Assembly (NCBI GenBank): GCA_043819135.1 | Contig: JBDRFG010000043.1 | Span: 1-28,634, forward strand | DNA: 28,634 bases | Direction: 5' to 3' | Source of the DNA: Candidatus Eiseniibacteriota bacterium | Lineage (GTDB): Bacteria > Joyebacterota > Joyebacteria > Joyebacterales > Joyebacteraceae | Shown here: positions 17,892 to 26,982 of the stretch, in pieces | How positions within the stretch are numbered: the first letter of the stretch is position 1 | Layout of the letters: each line of letters begins with the position of its first letter | The notes under the pieces: model-generated | The model's input: only the letters and a program-made list of their open reading frames with translations | Databases searched by the model: none | What the model was told of the DNA's origin: nothing | Translations under genes and position numbers: made by a program

Positions 17892-20800
17892 CTACACGAG
17901 TTCGTCTACAGTACCGAGTAGGTCTACGAGCGAGTACGGCTTCTGGAGGAACCGGAACCCCTTCTCCTGGATGACGGGCCACTGCGACTTCTGATCGGTG
18001 TAGCCGCTCGACACCAGAACCTGGAGGTCGGGCCTCTTCGAGAGCAGCTCGTCAATGAGACGGATTCCGCTCTTGTCCGGCAGCACCACATCGCTGAAGA
18101 CCAGGTCGAAGTTTCCGCCCTCGCGCTCGAACACCTCGAGCGCCTCCTCGTAGGCCCCGGCTTCGAAGACCTTGTACCCGCTCTCCTTGAGCGCTCTTGA
18201 CGCCAGTTCGCGCACCGCCTCCTCGTCCTCGACCAGCAGGATGCGCTGGCCGCTACCGCGCGCGGTCTTCGGCTCCGCCGTAGCGGCCGACTCGGCGCTC
18301 TCGTCCTCGCGGCTGTGCACGGAGGGCAGGTAGACCTTGAACACGGTGCCCTGGTTCGGCTCACTGTAGACGTTTATCCACCCGCCGTGCTGCCTGACTA
18401 TCCCGTAGACGACCGCCAGCCCCAGCCCGGTTCCCTTCGTGGGGCCCTTGGTGCTGAAGAAGGGCTCGAATATCTGGTCGATCACGTCCCTTTCGATGCC
18501 CGAGCCCGTGTCCTCGATCGAGAGGCAGACGAAGCCGCCTGGACGGGCGTCGTGAATCGTGACGCAAGCCAAGCTGTCCAGAACGACGTTCCCGGTCGAG
18601 ATGGTCAGGCGGCCGCCCTCCGGCATGGCGTCCCGGGCGTTGACGGCCAGGTTGATGATGACCTGTTCGAGCTGTCCCGGATCCACCTTGGTGTGACACG
18701 CGCTGTCGTCCAGAGCGGTGATGAGCTCGATGTCCTCGCTGATGAGCCTGCGCAGCATCGCGTTCATGTCGGCCACTATCTTGTTCAGGTCCATGACCAC
18801 CGGCTGAAGGGGCTGCCTGCGGCTGAACGCCAGGAGCTGTCGCGTCAGCGTCGCCGCCTGTTCCGCCGCCTTGCGGATCTGGCCGATGTCACCATGCACC
18901 GTTTCGCTGAGCGAGGCGTCGCACGAGAGCAGCTCGGCGTACCCACTGATGGCGGTGAGGAGGTTGTTGAAGTCATGCGCGACGCCTCCGGCGAGTCTTC
19001 CGACCGCCTCCATTTTCTGCGCCTGCAGCAGCTGGTCCTGCGTCTCGCGGAGCTCCTCGATGCTCGACTCGAGTTCCTTCATCAGCGTTGCCTTGCGCCA
19101 GGCCGCGGAGAGCTGGTTGGCGAAGGCCGTCACGGCGGGAACATCCCGGTCGGTCAGCGTGTCGGACGCTACCGCGAGCACGCCGAACACCCTGTTCTCG
19201 GTGATCAAGGGCGCAAGGATGAGCCTCGTGGCATCGAGCGCCCTCTGGAGCTGTGGCGCGAACTTCTTCTTGGAAACCGGGAGTCTCTGGCGGAGGAACT
19301 CGACCATGTCGTCCACGAGCACCGACTCCCGCTCGTTGACGACAGCTCTGAACGCATCCACCTGGTCAACCTTGCACGCCATGTCGGACATGCGCCCACC
19401 CATGAGCTTCTCGGCGGCACGAAGCTGTTCGGTGTTCTTCGATGTGTGCCTGAGAATCAGTTCGTCTCCGGTGTCGTTCGAGAGGAAGAGCGTGCCTATC
19501 AGGTCCACCTCGGCGAGTTTCGCAGCGGCGGCCGCGAATATCTCTTCGGGCTTCATCTGTTGTTCCATCCCAAGGGCGGCGTCATTGAGCGTTCTGAGAA
19601 AGCGGTCGGCGCGCCTCCTGTCCGTGATGTCTCTGACCACGACGAGAACCGTGTCGTCGCTGCTCGGGACCATTCTCGCCTCGAAGTCGCGGAGATCCCC
19701 GTTCGGGGCCGGTATGGGAATGGAGTACTCCATGAGCTGCATCTCGCCCGTCCCGAACACGCTCGCGACCGACGCCTCCACCTGCCCGGCGAACGGGGCG
19801 GGGAAGACCTCGCTGATGTGCTTGCCCAGGAAGGCCTCCGGCGGCATGGCGAGAGGAGCGTCGCTCGGGGCATCGTAGCTTAGGAAGACGCCGCTTCTGT
19901 CTATGCTGAACATCATGTCGGGGACCGCGTCCAGGATCGACCTGTTCTTGGCCTCGCTGGACGTGAGTTCGTCCTCGGCGCGCTTGTGTTCGATCGCAAA
20001 GCCGATCTGCCCGGAGACGAATTCGAGCATCTCCTTCTCGGCCTCACCGAACTCGTTCCTGTCCGTGTAGCTCTGTACGACCAGCGCGCCGATGACCTCG
20101 CCGCTGACACGCAGAGGCACGCCCAGCCAGATCAGTGACGGCGTTCCGACCATGTCAACGACACCGGACCTGGTCCACTCATCCAGTTCTTTTCTGTCGA
20201 CGAGAAGCGACGTGTCGTGCTTGATGAGGTAGCCGGTCAGCGTCTTGCCGGCGGGGAAGGAGTCGAAGTCATCCTGGTCCTTCTCGTCGATGAAGTAGGA
20301 GAGGGAGAGCGTATCGTGCTCGCGGTTGTAGAGAGCGATGAAGAAATTCTCCGTGCTCATCACGTTGCCGAGCGCCTGACGTATTCTGCCGAAGAGCTCC
20401 TGGACGCTTCCCGCCGCGTGAATGGAGCTTCCGATCTCATACGCGAGGCGTTGTACGTCCTCGGCGTGCTTCCGGTCCGTGATGTCAATGCCGGAGCTGA
20501 TGGTGCCGACTATGTTGCCGTCGGGGTCGCGCTCTATGGCGTTGTGCCACTCGATGAAGCGCCTCTCGCCGCCCAGAGTGACTATCTCGTTCTCGTATTC
20601 GCCGGCGTAGTTCTCGATGTCACCATTCATCAGAGTGGCGAACACCTCGCGCACCTGCTGGCGCTGTTTCTCGGGCACGAAGTGGTCGAACCAGCTGAGA
20701 CCGATGATGTCCGCTTCCGAACCGCCGAGCACTTCGCAGCCTTGCCTGTTGACCTGTGAGACGCGACCCTCGTGGTCGAGGCCGAGGAATATCACGCCCG

Positions 20801-21341
20801 CCAGGTCGAGATACTCCTGAGCTTCCTCCCGCCGGGCCTTGAGCTGCTGCTCCGCCTTTCGGTGTTCCGTCACGTCGAGGCCGACTCCGAAGAGGTACTC
20901 GAACTCCCCGGCCTCATTGATATGCGGCTTTCCGTGCCACCGCACCGCGAGCGTCTCACCGTTCTTCGTACGGATACTGTTCTCCGAGAAGACGACGTGG
21001 TGCCTGCTGACTATTTCCTCGAACGTCCGCTTGAATTGGTCCCTGGCGGGTTCGTCCGGGAGGAGAGCATCCGCGTAGTCCCTGCCCAGTACCTCGTCCA
21101 GGGTGTAGCCCGTGGCTTCGAGCATGGCGTCGTTCACGCGTACGACGCGTCCCACTGCGTCGATCGCCACGAAGTAGGCGGCCGTCGTCTCCATCAGCAT
21201 GCTGAGGAAGTCCCGCTCGCGTCGCAGCAGCTGCTCCTTCGCCTCCCACCTGACGTGCTCGGATTCCAGCTCCAGGACTCTCGCCCGCAGTAGCTCGAGT
21301 TCCGTTGGCGGCGTGTCGTTCGTCCGGTCTTCTGGCTTCAT
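17892..21341 (-). CDS. Cytoplasmic hybrid sensor histidine kinase: PAS-PAS-GAF-PAS-GAF-HisKA-HATPase-REC
   Basis: QAQKMEAVGRLAGGVAHDFNNLL H-box, NLAVNARDAM, DTGSG, IFEPFFSTK, GTGLGL, and REC (ILLVEDE...SDVVLP...SGY...LQKPY). ATG 21341 follows AAGGAG; the ORF-track start at 21545 is an over-extension. Confidence 0.93.
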   Translation of the reverse strand: MKPEDRTNDTPPTELELLRARVLELESEHVRWEAKEQLLRRERDFLSMLMETTAAYFVAIDAVGRVVRVNDAMLEATGYTLDEVLGRDYADALLPDEPARDQFKRTFEEIVSRHHVVFSENSIRTKNGETLAVRWHGKPHINEAGEFEYLFGVGLDVTEHRKAEQQLKARREEAQEYLDLAGVIFLGLDHEGRVSQVNRQGCEVLGGSEADIIGLSWFDHFVPEKQRQQVREVFATLMNGDIENYAGEYENEIVTLGGERRFIEWHNAIERDPDGNIVGTISSGIDITDRKHAEDVQRLAYEIGSSIHAAGSVQELFGRIRQALGNVMSTENFFIALYNREHDTLSLSYFIDEKDQDDFDSFPAGKTLTGYLIKHDTSLLVDRKELDEWTRSGVVDMVGTPSLIWLGVPLRVSGEVIGALVVQSYTDRNEFGEAEKEMLEFVSGQIGFAIEHKRAEDELTSSEAKNRSILDAVPDMMFSIDRSGVFLSYDAPSDAPLAMPPEAFLGKHISEVFPAPFAGQVEASVASVFGTGEMQLMEYSIPIPAPNGDLRDFEARMVPSSDDTVLVVVRDITDRRRADRFLRTLNDAALGMEQQMKPEEIFAAAAAKLAEVDLIGTLFLSNDTGDELILRHTSKNTEQLRAAEKLMGGRMSDMACKVDQVDAFRAVVNERESVLVDDMVEFLRQRLPVSKKKFAPQLQRALDATRLILAPLITENRVFGVLAVASDTLTDRDVPAVTAFANQLSAAWRKATLMKELESSIEELRETQDQLLQAQKMEAVGRLAGGVAHDFNNLLTAISGYAELLSCDASLSETVHGDIGQIRKAAEQAATLTRQLLAFSRRQPLQPVVMDLNKIVADMNAMLRRLISEDIELITALDDSACHTKVDPGQLEQVIINLAVNARDAMPEGGRLTISTGNVVLDSLACVTIHDARPGGFVCLSIEDTGSGIERDVIDQIFEPFFSTKGPTKGTGLGLAVVYGIVRQHGGWINVYSEPNQGTVFKVYLPSVHSREDESAESAATAEPKTARGSGQRILLVEDEEAVRELASRALKESGYKVFEAGAYEEALEVFEREGGNFDLVFSDVVLPDKSGIRLIDELLSKRPDLQVLVSSGYTDQKSQWPVIQEKGFRFLQKPYSLVDLLGTVDELV

Positions 21342-21445
21342 GCACGGCTCCTTGGCGCTCTCAAGGACGCGTGTGGCGCCCGGTGCCTGGTAGTCCCGCA
21401 GAGTTCGTCCCCTGAATCGGCGGGCGGCCACCCCGGGCGTCTCCG

Positions 21446-24400
21446 TCAGTTGGTTCCCATCGTCTCTCGTACGGTCCGGAGCAGGTCCCTGATGCCGTAC
21501 GGCTTCTGGAGGAAGCCGAACCCCCGGTCCCGGATAGCTTCCCACTGCGACTTCGTGTCGGTGTATCCGCTCGCGAGGAGTACCCGAACGTCGGGCTTCC
21601 TGCCCTGCATCTCCTCGACGAGTTCCAGCCCGCTCTTCGTCGGCAGGACGACATCGCTGAACACGAGATCGACGCCGCCCTCGGCCTCTCCGAAGAGGGC
21701 CAGTGCCTCCTCCGCGTCGGACGCCCCATAGACGGTGTAACCGCTCTCCTGGAGCGCTCTTAGCGCGAAGTCCCTCACGGCATCCTCGTCCTCGACCACG
21801 AGTATCTTCTCGCCGTGTCCGGTCGTTGTGATGGTGGCGCCGTCGGCCTCGGCCTGCTCGGTGATCGCGTCGGAGGTGGCGGGCAGGTAGACCGTGAACT
21901 GCGTCCCCTCGCCGAGCGCGCTGTCGGTGTTTATCCAGCCACCGTGCTGACTGACCACTCCGTACACGACGGAAAGGCCCAGCCCCGTGCCCTTGCCCAG
22001 CTCCTTGGTCGTGAAGAAGGGCTCGAATATCCTGTCCGCGACCTCGGGGTCGATGCCCGTGCCCGTGTCCCTCACGGACAGGCGCACGTAGTCTCCGGGC
22101 ATGGAATCCGTGATCGACTCGCAGGCTTCGTCGTCGAGCGTCACGTTGCGGGTCTCGATAGACAGTTCTCCGCCCTCCGGCATCGCGTCTCTGCCGTTGA
22201 TGATCAGGTTCATCACGACCTGCTGTATCTGGGTCGCGTCGGCCTTGATGCGGTCGAGTTCGGGATCAAGGTCCGTCTTCAGCGCAATGTTCTCACCGAT
22301 GAGCCTTCGCATCATCTTGTCGAGGTTCGTCACTACCTCATTGACGGAGATGACCTTCGGCACGAGCGGCGTCTGGCGGCTGAAGGCGAGCAGCTGACTC
22401 GTCAGCGACGCGGCCTGCGCGGCCGCCTTCCTGATCTGATTGATGTCGCTGTGCGCCGGGTCGTCCTTGTCGATCCCGTCCAGCGCCAGCTCGGCGTAGC
22501 CCGTGATGGCGGTCAGCAGATTGTTGAAGTCGTGCGCGACCCCTCCGGCCAGATTCCCCACCGCCTCCATCTTCTGAGCGCGCAGCAGGATGTCCTGAGT
22601 CCGCCTGAGTTCTCCGAGGCTGCCGCTCAACTCCTCCATGAGCGTTGCCTTGCGCCATGCGGCGGCCAACTGGTTGGCGAATGCCGTTATCGCCGGAACG
22701 TCGCGCGCCGCGAGGTCGTTGGACAGCACTGCGAGCACGCCGGTGACGTCCTCTCCTGCTATCAGGGGTGCTAAGATCGTCGGGCGGCTCGAGAGCGCCC
22801 ACTTGAGCCAGCTCTCCGGATCGCCTGGGGACGGGTCCCCGCGAGACTCGCCGTCATCACCGCTGCCCCCCAGGAACAGGCTCTTCTTCTCGCGGACCGT
22901 CTTGGCGAGCGGCTCGAAGATGTGGATCGGTATGCTCACGGAGTCGTCCCACGAGAGAGCCTCGTCCGTGGCGGCGTCGCTTCCGAGGAACCCCCTGCTC
23001 AGGTAGTCCACGGAGACCGTCCCACGGTTCTCGTCCGTCAGGAGGACGGCGCACGACGACCCGATCTTCTGGATCTCGTCCGTCACCGCCTCGAACACGG
23101 CATCCGGGGTCAGGCTCCTCTCCATTCCGAGCGCGGCGGCGTTCAGTGTCTGGAGCAACTGCTCGGTCCGCATTCTCTCCGTGAGGTCGTGGCAGATCGA
23201 GATGTACGACGAGAGCCTCCCGGAGCTGTCGCGGAGCGGCGAGACCCTGTACTCCACGAGGAAGTTCGAGCCTCGCTTCCGTTTGCTCTTGAGCACGCCG
23301 GTCCAGACGCGGCCGGCAGAGACCGTGTGGTGGATCTCCTCCTCGAAACTGTCCTCCCACGCGTCGGCGCTCAGCGCATCCAGAGTGGTCCCGATGAGTT
23401 CCTCACCCGCGAAGCCGAAGAGGAACTCTGCGGCCTTGTTGACGTAGGTTATCCTGTAGTTGAGGTCGGTCACGATGAGCGCGTCGGAGACCTGGAGCGG
23501 GATGGAGCCAAGGAACTGCAACTCCTCGTCTATCTGCTTCTTCGCCGTGATGTCAGTGAGAAGCGCGGTGAAGAAGGTCTCGTCTCCGGTCTTCCAGGCC
23601 CCGATGGCCAGTTCCATCGGGAACTCGCTCTTGTCCTTCCTGCGTCCGACACCCTCGACGCTCGCTCTGACGTAACCCTGGCTGTCCGTGGACACGGCGC
23701 GCATGAGCCCGTCCACGTGCGCCTGAAGGAACCCCTCCGGTACGATCAGCGAGAACGGGTGCCCCATCGCCTCCTCCGGCGAGTAACCGAACATGGCCTC
23801 GGCCGCCCTGTTCCAGGAGAGGATGCGGCCGTGGCTGTTGGTGTTCACGAGTGCGGCGCTGACCGTCTCTGCGACCGCGTTGAATCGGTCCTGCTCTTCA
23901 CGGAGGGCCGTTTCGACGCGCTTTCTCGCGACGGCCGGAGCGATCTGCGCCGCGACGTGAGCCAGCACGTCGAGGTCGCGGTCGCTGAACTCGTTCTCGT
24001 CGGTGTAGCTCTGAAGCGCGATGACTCCAAGGGCCTTGTCGTCGGACATCAACGGCGCGCCCAACCAGACCTCGCATGGAGTGCCGACGACCTCGACTGA
24101 CATCGACTTCACGAGTTCGTCGATGTCGCTCCTGGTTGCCCGTACCGGCGAGCTCTTCCTGATGGCGTAAGCGGTCAGGGTCTTCCCGGCCGGCAGCGTG
24201 CTGAACTGGTTCTGGTCGAACTCATCCAGGAAGAGGGGGAGGGAAATCGTGTTGTCACTTTCCTCGTAGAGCGCCACGAAGAAGTTCTTCGTGCTCATTA
24301 TTCTCGCGAGTTCCTGCCTGGTCTTCCGGAAGAGAAGCCCCATGTCTCTCGCGGAGCAGGCGGCCTCGGCGATGCGCCAGAGCACTCGCTCGGTCTCGGC

Positions 24401-26083
24401 GGCGAACTTCTCCTCCGTGAGATCCTCCAGAGTGATGGCAACGCGAGTCGCCTGTCCTTCACTGTCCGCTATCTTTGTGGCCGAGGCCCTGACGTCGAGG
24501 GTGTCCTCGCGTATGAGCGCCTTGAGCTCTTCCTCAGCGTTTCCCTCGGCGATGGCCTTCTCGACGAGCCTGTGGAGCGATCCTCTGTCCTGGCAGAAAC
24601 TGCCCGCGTTCAGTCCGACCGCCGTGTCTTCGTTTCCGAAGCCCCACTTCCTGAGGAAGGCGGCATTCGCGTGGGTGACCACGCAGTCGGGGTCGGTCAC
24701 GATCACGGGGTCGAGGACCGCCGCGACCGTTCCCTCCCGGACCCGGAGCTCGCATTCCGCGCGCGCCCGCTGGATGGCAATGCCGAAGATCTCGGCGAGC
24801 CTGGCCACGGCGTCGAGATCGCGGTCGGTGTAGGCCCTGCGCGGGCCGGCGAGGACTATCTGACCGAGCAGCTCACCGCCGGCCATCGATGGAGCGGCCA
24901 GCATCCGGTCGTCGGACGGCGGGATCGGCTCGTCCTGCGCCAGCATGAGCGCCTCGAGGTCGCACCGCGCATCCTCGCCGGACTCCGTGGCTCCGCCATC
25001 ACTGGGGTTGCTGTAGAACGCCTCACGCGTGTTGAGCGCCCGTCCCCACGGTGCGGGGAAACTCCCCGATGCATCCGGAGCGAATGCGATCGTGTCCGTA
25101 CCGCCCCACGGGGCGCTCTCACGCCCTGCCGCCTCCGATACGAGGTGGGGTACCGCGACGCCCGATCTTCCGTCGATGACGTGCGCGAAGCCACCTCTGC
25201 TCTCAGTGAGGCGAAGGGCGTGGCCCAGAATGAGGCGGGCCATCTCCGGGACGGTCGATCCGGGGGCGCTGAGCGCGTCCGCCGACTCGGCCACGGCGGA
25301 GCGGACGGCGCGCTCCCACTTCAGCTGCTCGGTCGTCTGCCTGTAGTTCCCGGCCAGCGTCATGGAGCGCAGGGCGTAGTCCAGGTCACGCGCGATCCGC
25401 TGGAGAACGAGGTGCTCCTCAGTGGACGCAATGACCAACCCGGTGGCCCTGATGCAGATGACACCGAATACCTTGTCTTCCGAGCCGATTTTGACGGCAA
25501 CGCTCGCCCTGCCGTAGCGCCTGGACTGCAGCGGGCAGCCCTGGCACTGCGACACGGTGTCCTTGATGACCACGGGGTAGGACTCGTTCATGGCCCTTTG
25601 CGCGCAGCCCGGCCACTGCTCCTTCTTCATCTGCTCGACAAGCTCCGCTATCCCGCCCTCGTGTCCCATCTCCGCCGCGATTCTGAATTGACCTTCGCCA
25701 TCGGTCAGCGCTATCCAGGCCGAGTCATACCCGCGCGTCTGGACGAGCTTCCCGCACGTTGCGCGAATCAGCGAGTAGGCATCGGTTCCCATCGGCTGCA
25801 GGCTCACGACGGCGTCTCCGGACTCGAACAGCGAGTCGAGCTGTCGCGTTCGCTCCTGCGACCATCTGAGCCTTCCGAGCATGAACGAGATCAGCACGGC
25901 GCTTACAAGGAGCGCCGCGGCGACCGGGAGCCTCGTTGCCAGCTCGGACGTTTCCACTCGGGACAGGTCGAATCCGAGCGAGCCCTGGCCCGTGAAGGGC
26001 CCCCCGGTCAGTGCAGGCGCCAGCGCCCATGGCAGGACGATCAGAGCCGCGAGCACCGGGATGAACATGCGAGCAATTCTCAT
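21446..26083 (-). CDS. Membrane-anchored hybrid sensor histidine kinase: 2 hydrophobic segments-GAF-GAF-PAS-GAF-PAS-PAS-GAF-HisKA-HATPase-REC
   Basis: RAQKMEAVGNLAGGVAHDFNNLL, N/G boxes and a C-terminal REC with SDVVLP; PAS signatures (N.AAE..FGY..EE..G; RKD..FP) and GAF signatures. Domain boundaries were read by eye. Confidence 0.92.
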   Translation of the reverse strand: MRIARMFIPVLAALIVLPWALAPALTGGPFTGQGSLGFDLSRVETSELATRLPVAAALLVSAVLISFMLGRLRWSQERTRQLDSLFESGDAVVSLQPMGTDAYSLIRATCGKLVQTRGYDSAWIALTDGEGQFRIAAEMGHEGGIAELVEQMKKEQWPGCAQRAMNESYPVVIKDTVSQCQGCPLQSRRYGRASVAVKIGSEDKVFGVICIRATGLVIASTEEHLVLQRIARDLDYALRSMTLAGNYRQTTEQLKWERAVRSAVAESADALSAPGSTVPEMARLILGHALRLTESRGGFAHVIDGRSGVAVPHLVSEAAGRESAPWGGTDTIAFAPDASGSFPAPWGRALNTREAFYSNPSDGGATESGEDARCDLEALMLAQDEPIPPSDDRMLAAPSMAGGELLGQIVLAGPRRAYTDRDLDAVARLAEIFGIAIQRARAECELRVREGTVAAVLDPVIVTDPDCVVTHANAAFLRKWGFGNEDTAVGLNAGSFCQDRGSLHRLVEKAIAEGNAEEELKALIREDTLDVRASATKIADSEGQATRVAITLEDLTEEKFAAETERVLWRIAEAACSARDMGLLFRKTRQELARIMSTKNFFVALYEESDNTISLPLFLDEFDQNQFSTLPAGKTLTAYAIRKSSPVRATRSDIDELVKSMSVEVVGTPCEVWLGAPLMSDDKALGVIALQSYTDENEFSDRDLDVLAHVAAQIAPAVARKRVETALREEQDRFNAVAETVSAALVNTNSHGRILSWNRAAEAMFGYSPEEAMGHPFSLIVPEGFLQAHVDGLMRAVSTDSQGYVRASVEGVGRRKDKSEFPMELAIGAWKTGDETFFTALLTDITAKKQIDEELQFLGSIPLQVSDALIVTDLNYRITYVNKAAEFLFGFAGEELIGTTLDALSADAWEDSFEEEIHHTVSAGRVWTGVLKSKRKRGSNFLVEYRVSPLRDSSGRLSSYISICHDLTERMRTEQLLQTLNAAALGMERSLTPDAVFEAVTDEIQKIGSSCAVLLTDENRGTVSVDYLSRGFLGSDAATDEALSWDDSVSIPIHIFEPLAKTVREKKSLFLGGSGDDGESRGDPSPGDPESWLKWALSSRPTILAPLIAGEDVTGVLAVLSNDLAARDVPAITAFANQLAAAWRKATLMEELSGSLGELRRTQDILLRAQKMEAVGNLAGGVAHDFNNLLTAITGYAELALDGIDKDDPAHSDINQIRKAAAQAASLTSQLLAFSRQTPLVPKVISVNEVVTNLDKMMRRLIGENIALKTDLDPELDRIKADATQIQQVVMNLIINGRDAMPEGGELSIETRNVTLDDEACESITDSMPGDYVRLSVRDTGTGIDPEVADRIFEPFFTTKELGKGTGLGLSVVYGVVSQHGGWINTDSALGEGTQFTVYLPATSDAITEQAEADGATITTTGHGEKILVVEDEDAVRDFALRALQESGYTVYGASDAEEALALFGEAEGGVDLVFSDVVLPTKSGLELVEEMQGRKPDVRVLLASGYTDTKSQWEAIRDRGFGFLQKPYGIRDLLRTVRETMGTN

Positions 26084-26486
26084 TGTTATCTACCTGCCTA
26101 TGTTCTGAACGGTCAGCCCCACGGGGAGCACCCCACCACGTTCTGCAGAGGGGTGCGATGTCCCGCATTTCGCATGCGCTCTTCACGTTTCGCGACCCTC
26201 GCGGGCCGCGCATGTGGGTATCGCCTGCACGCACAACGGCCAGAATCCTGAACGGGCGCTACCGCGATGACCTCGCACGAGCCCACGACGAGCCGTGCGG
26301 AGTCCTCACCGTGGAGCGCCGGGTCTGCACCCTGGCGGGTTTCGCCACGAGCCGGGCTCTCGCCTCGGCTGTGCCGGCCGGGTCGTGAAGAAGCATATTC
26401 CGAGCCGAAAAGGGGGTGGCGACGGTCTATTCCGCGCACGCGGAGGCGAGGAGTCGTCGGCTCATTGGCCGCGACTCATTTGGTCT

Positions 26487-26514
26487 TTGACCATCTCACA
26501 CGCTGTGTTATAGT
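26487..26514 (+). promoter_or_regulatory. Sigma70-type promoter for the STAS/anti-sigma pair
   Basis: TTGACC (26487-92), 16-nt spacer, TATAGT (26509-14), preceded by TGTG (extended -10). Confidence 0.65.
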
Positions 26515-26620
26515 ATGCGCGTGCCAAATGGGCTTCCGGTGTTGAGCCGGATTCCTTTTTTGCCGGGGTCGGGAAGCCCCCAGGGAGAGCCCGACCGCAA
26601 TCAGACCGTGGAGGTGGACC

Positions 26621-26959
26621 TTGAAGGTTAAGACGCAGATGGAAGGTGACGTTGCGGTCGTGCACGTCTCTGGAAAGCTCATGGGAGGACCGGAGAGCGA
26701 GAACCTGAGAGACGAGATCAAGACGCTCATCGAGGACGGCGTGAAGAAATTCGTCATCAACCTGCATGGCGTCCCGTGGATCAACAGCACGGGGCTGGGG
26801 GCGCTGATGGCGGTCTACACCAGCGTTCAGAGAAGCGAGGGTGCGCTCGCGCTCTGCCATGTTTCCGACCGGATCCAGAGCCTGTTCATGATCACCAAGC
26901 TCCTCACAATCTTCGACACTCACCCGTCGGAGAAAGAGGCCGTAGAGAGCTTCAGCTAG
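26621..26959 (+). CDS. STAS-domain anti-sigma factor antagonist (RsbV/SpoIIAA-like)
   Basis: 112 aa; V.V.G.L...; INL..V.WINSTGLGAL with the predicted phospho-Ser at 26786-88; ITKL..IF. TTG start follows a GGAGGT RBS. Confidence 0.92.
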   Translation: MKVKTQMEGDVAVVHVSGKLMGGPESENLRDEIKTLIEDGVKKFVINLHGVPWINSTGLGALMAVYTSVQRSEGALALCHVSDRIQSLFMITKLLTIFDTHPSEKEAVESFS

Positions 26960-26982
26960 GGTGGATGACTCCGAGGAGCGGC

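Noticed and set aside
21342..21545. Kinase ORF overlap suggesting a frameshift fusion of the two kinases
   Set aside because: Each kinase is complete, the downstream one has its own AAGGAG-ATG at 21341, and I saw no slippery site.
17892..26083. Calling the kinases CckA cell-cycle orthologues because of the HDFNN motif and dcw proximity
   Set aside because: HDFNN-type hybrid kinases are widespread; no ctrA or chpT is present, and the genes are on the opposite strand beyond the protease.
18315..26251. Plus-strand ORFs 18315-19883, 22922-24100 and 24572-26251
   Set aside because: Antisense shadows of the two kinases with no recognisable domains.
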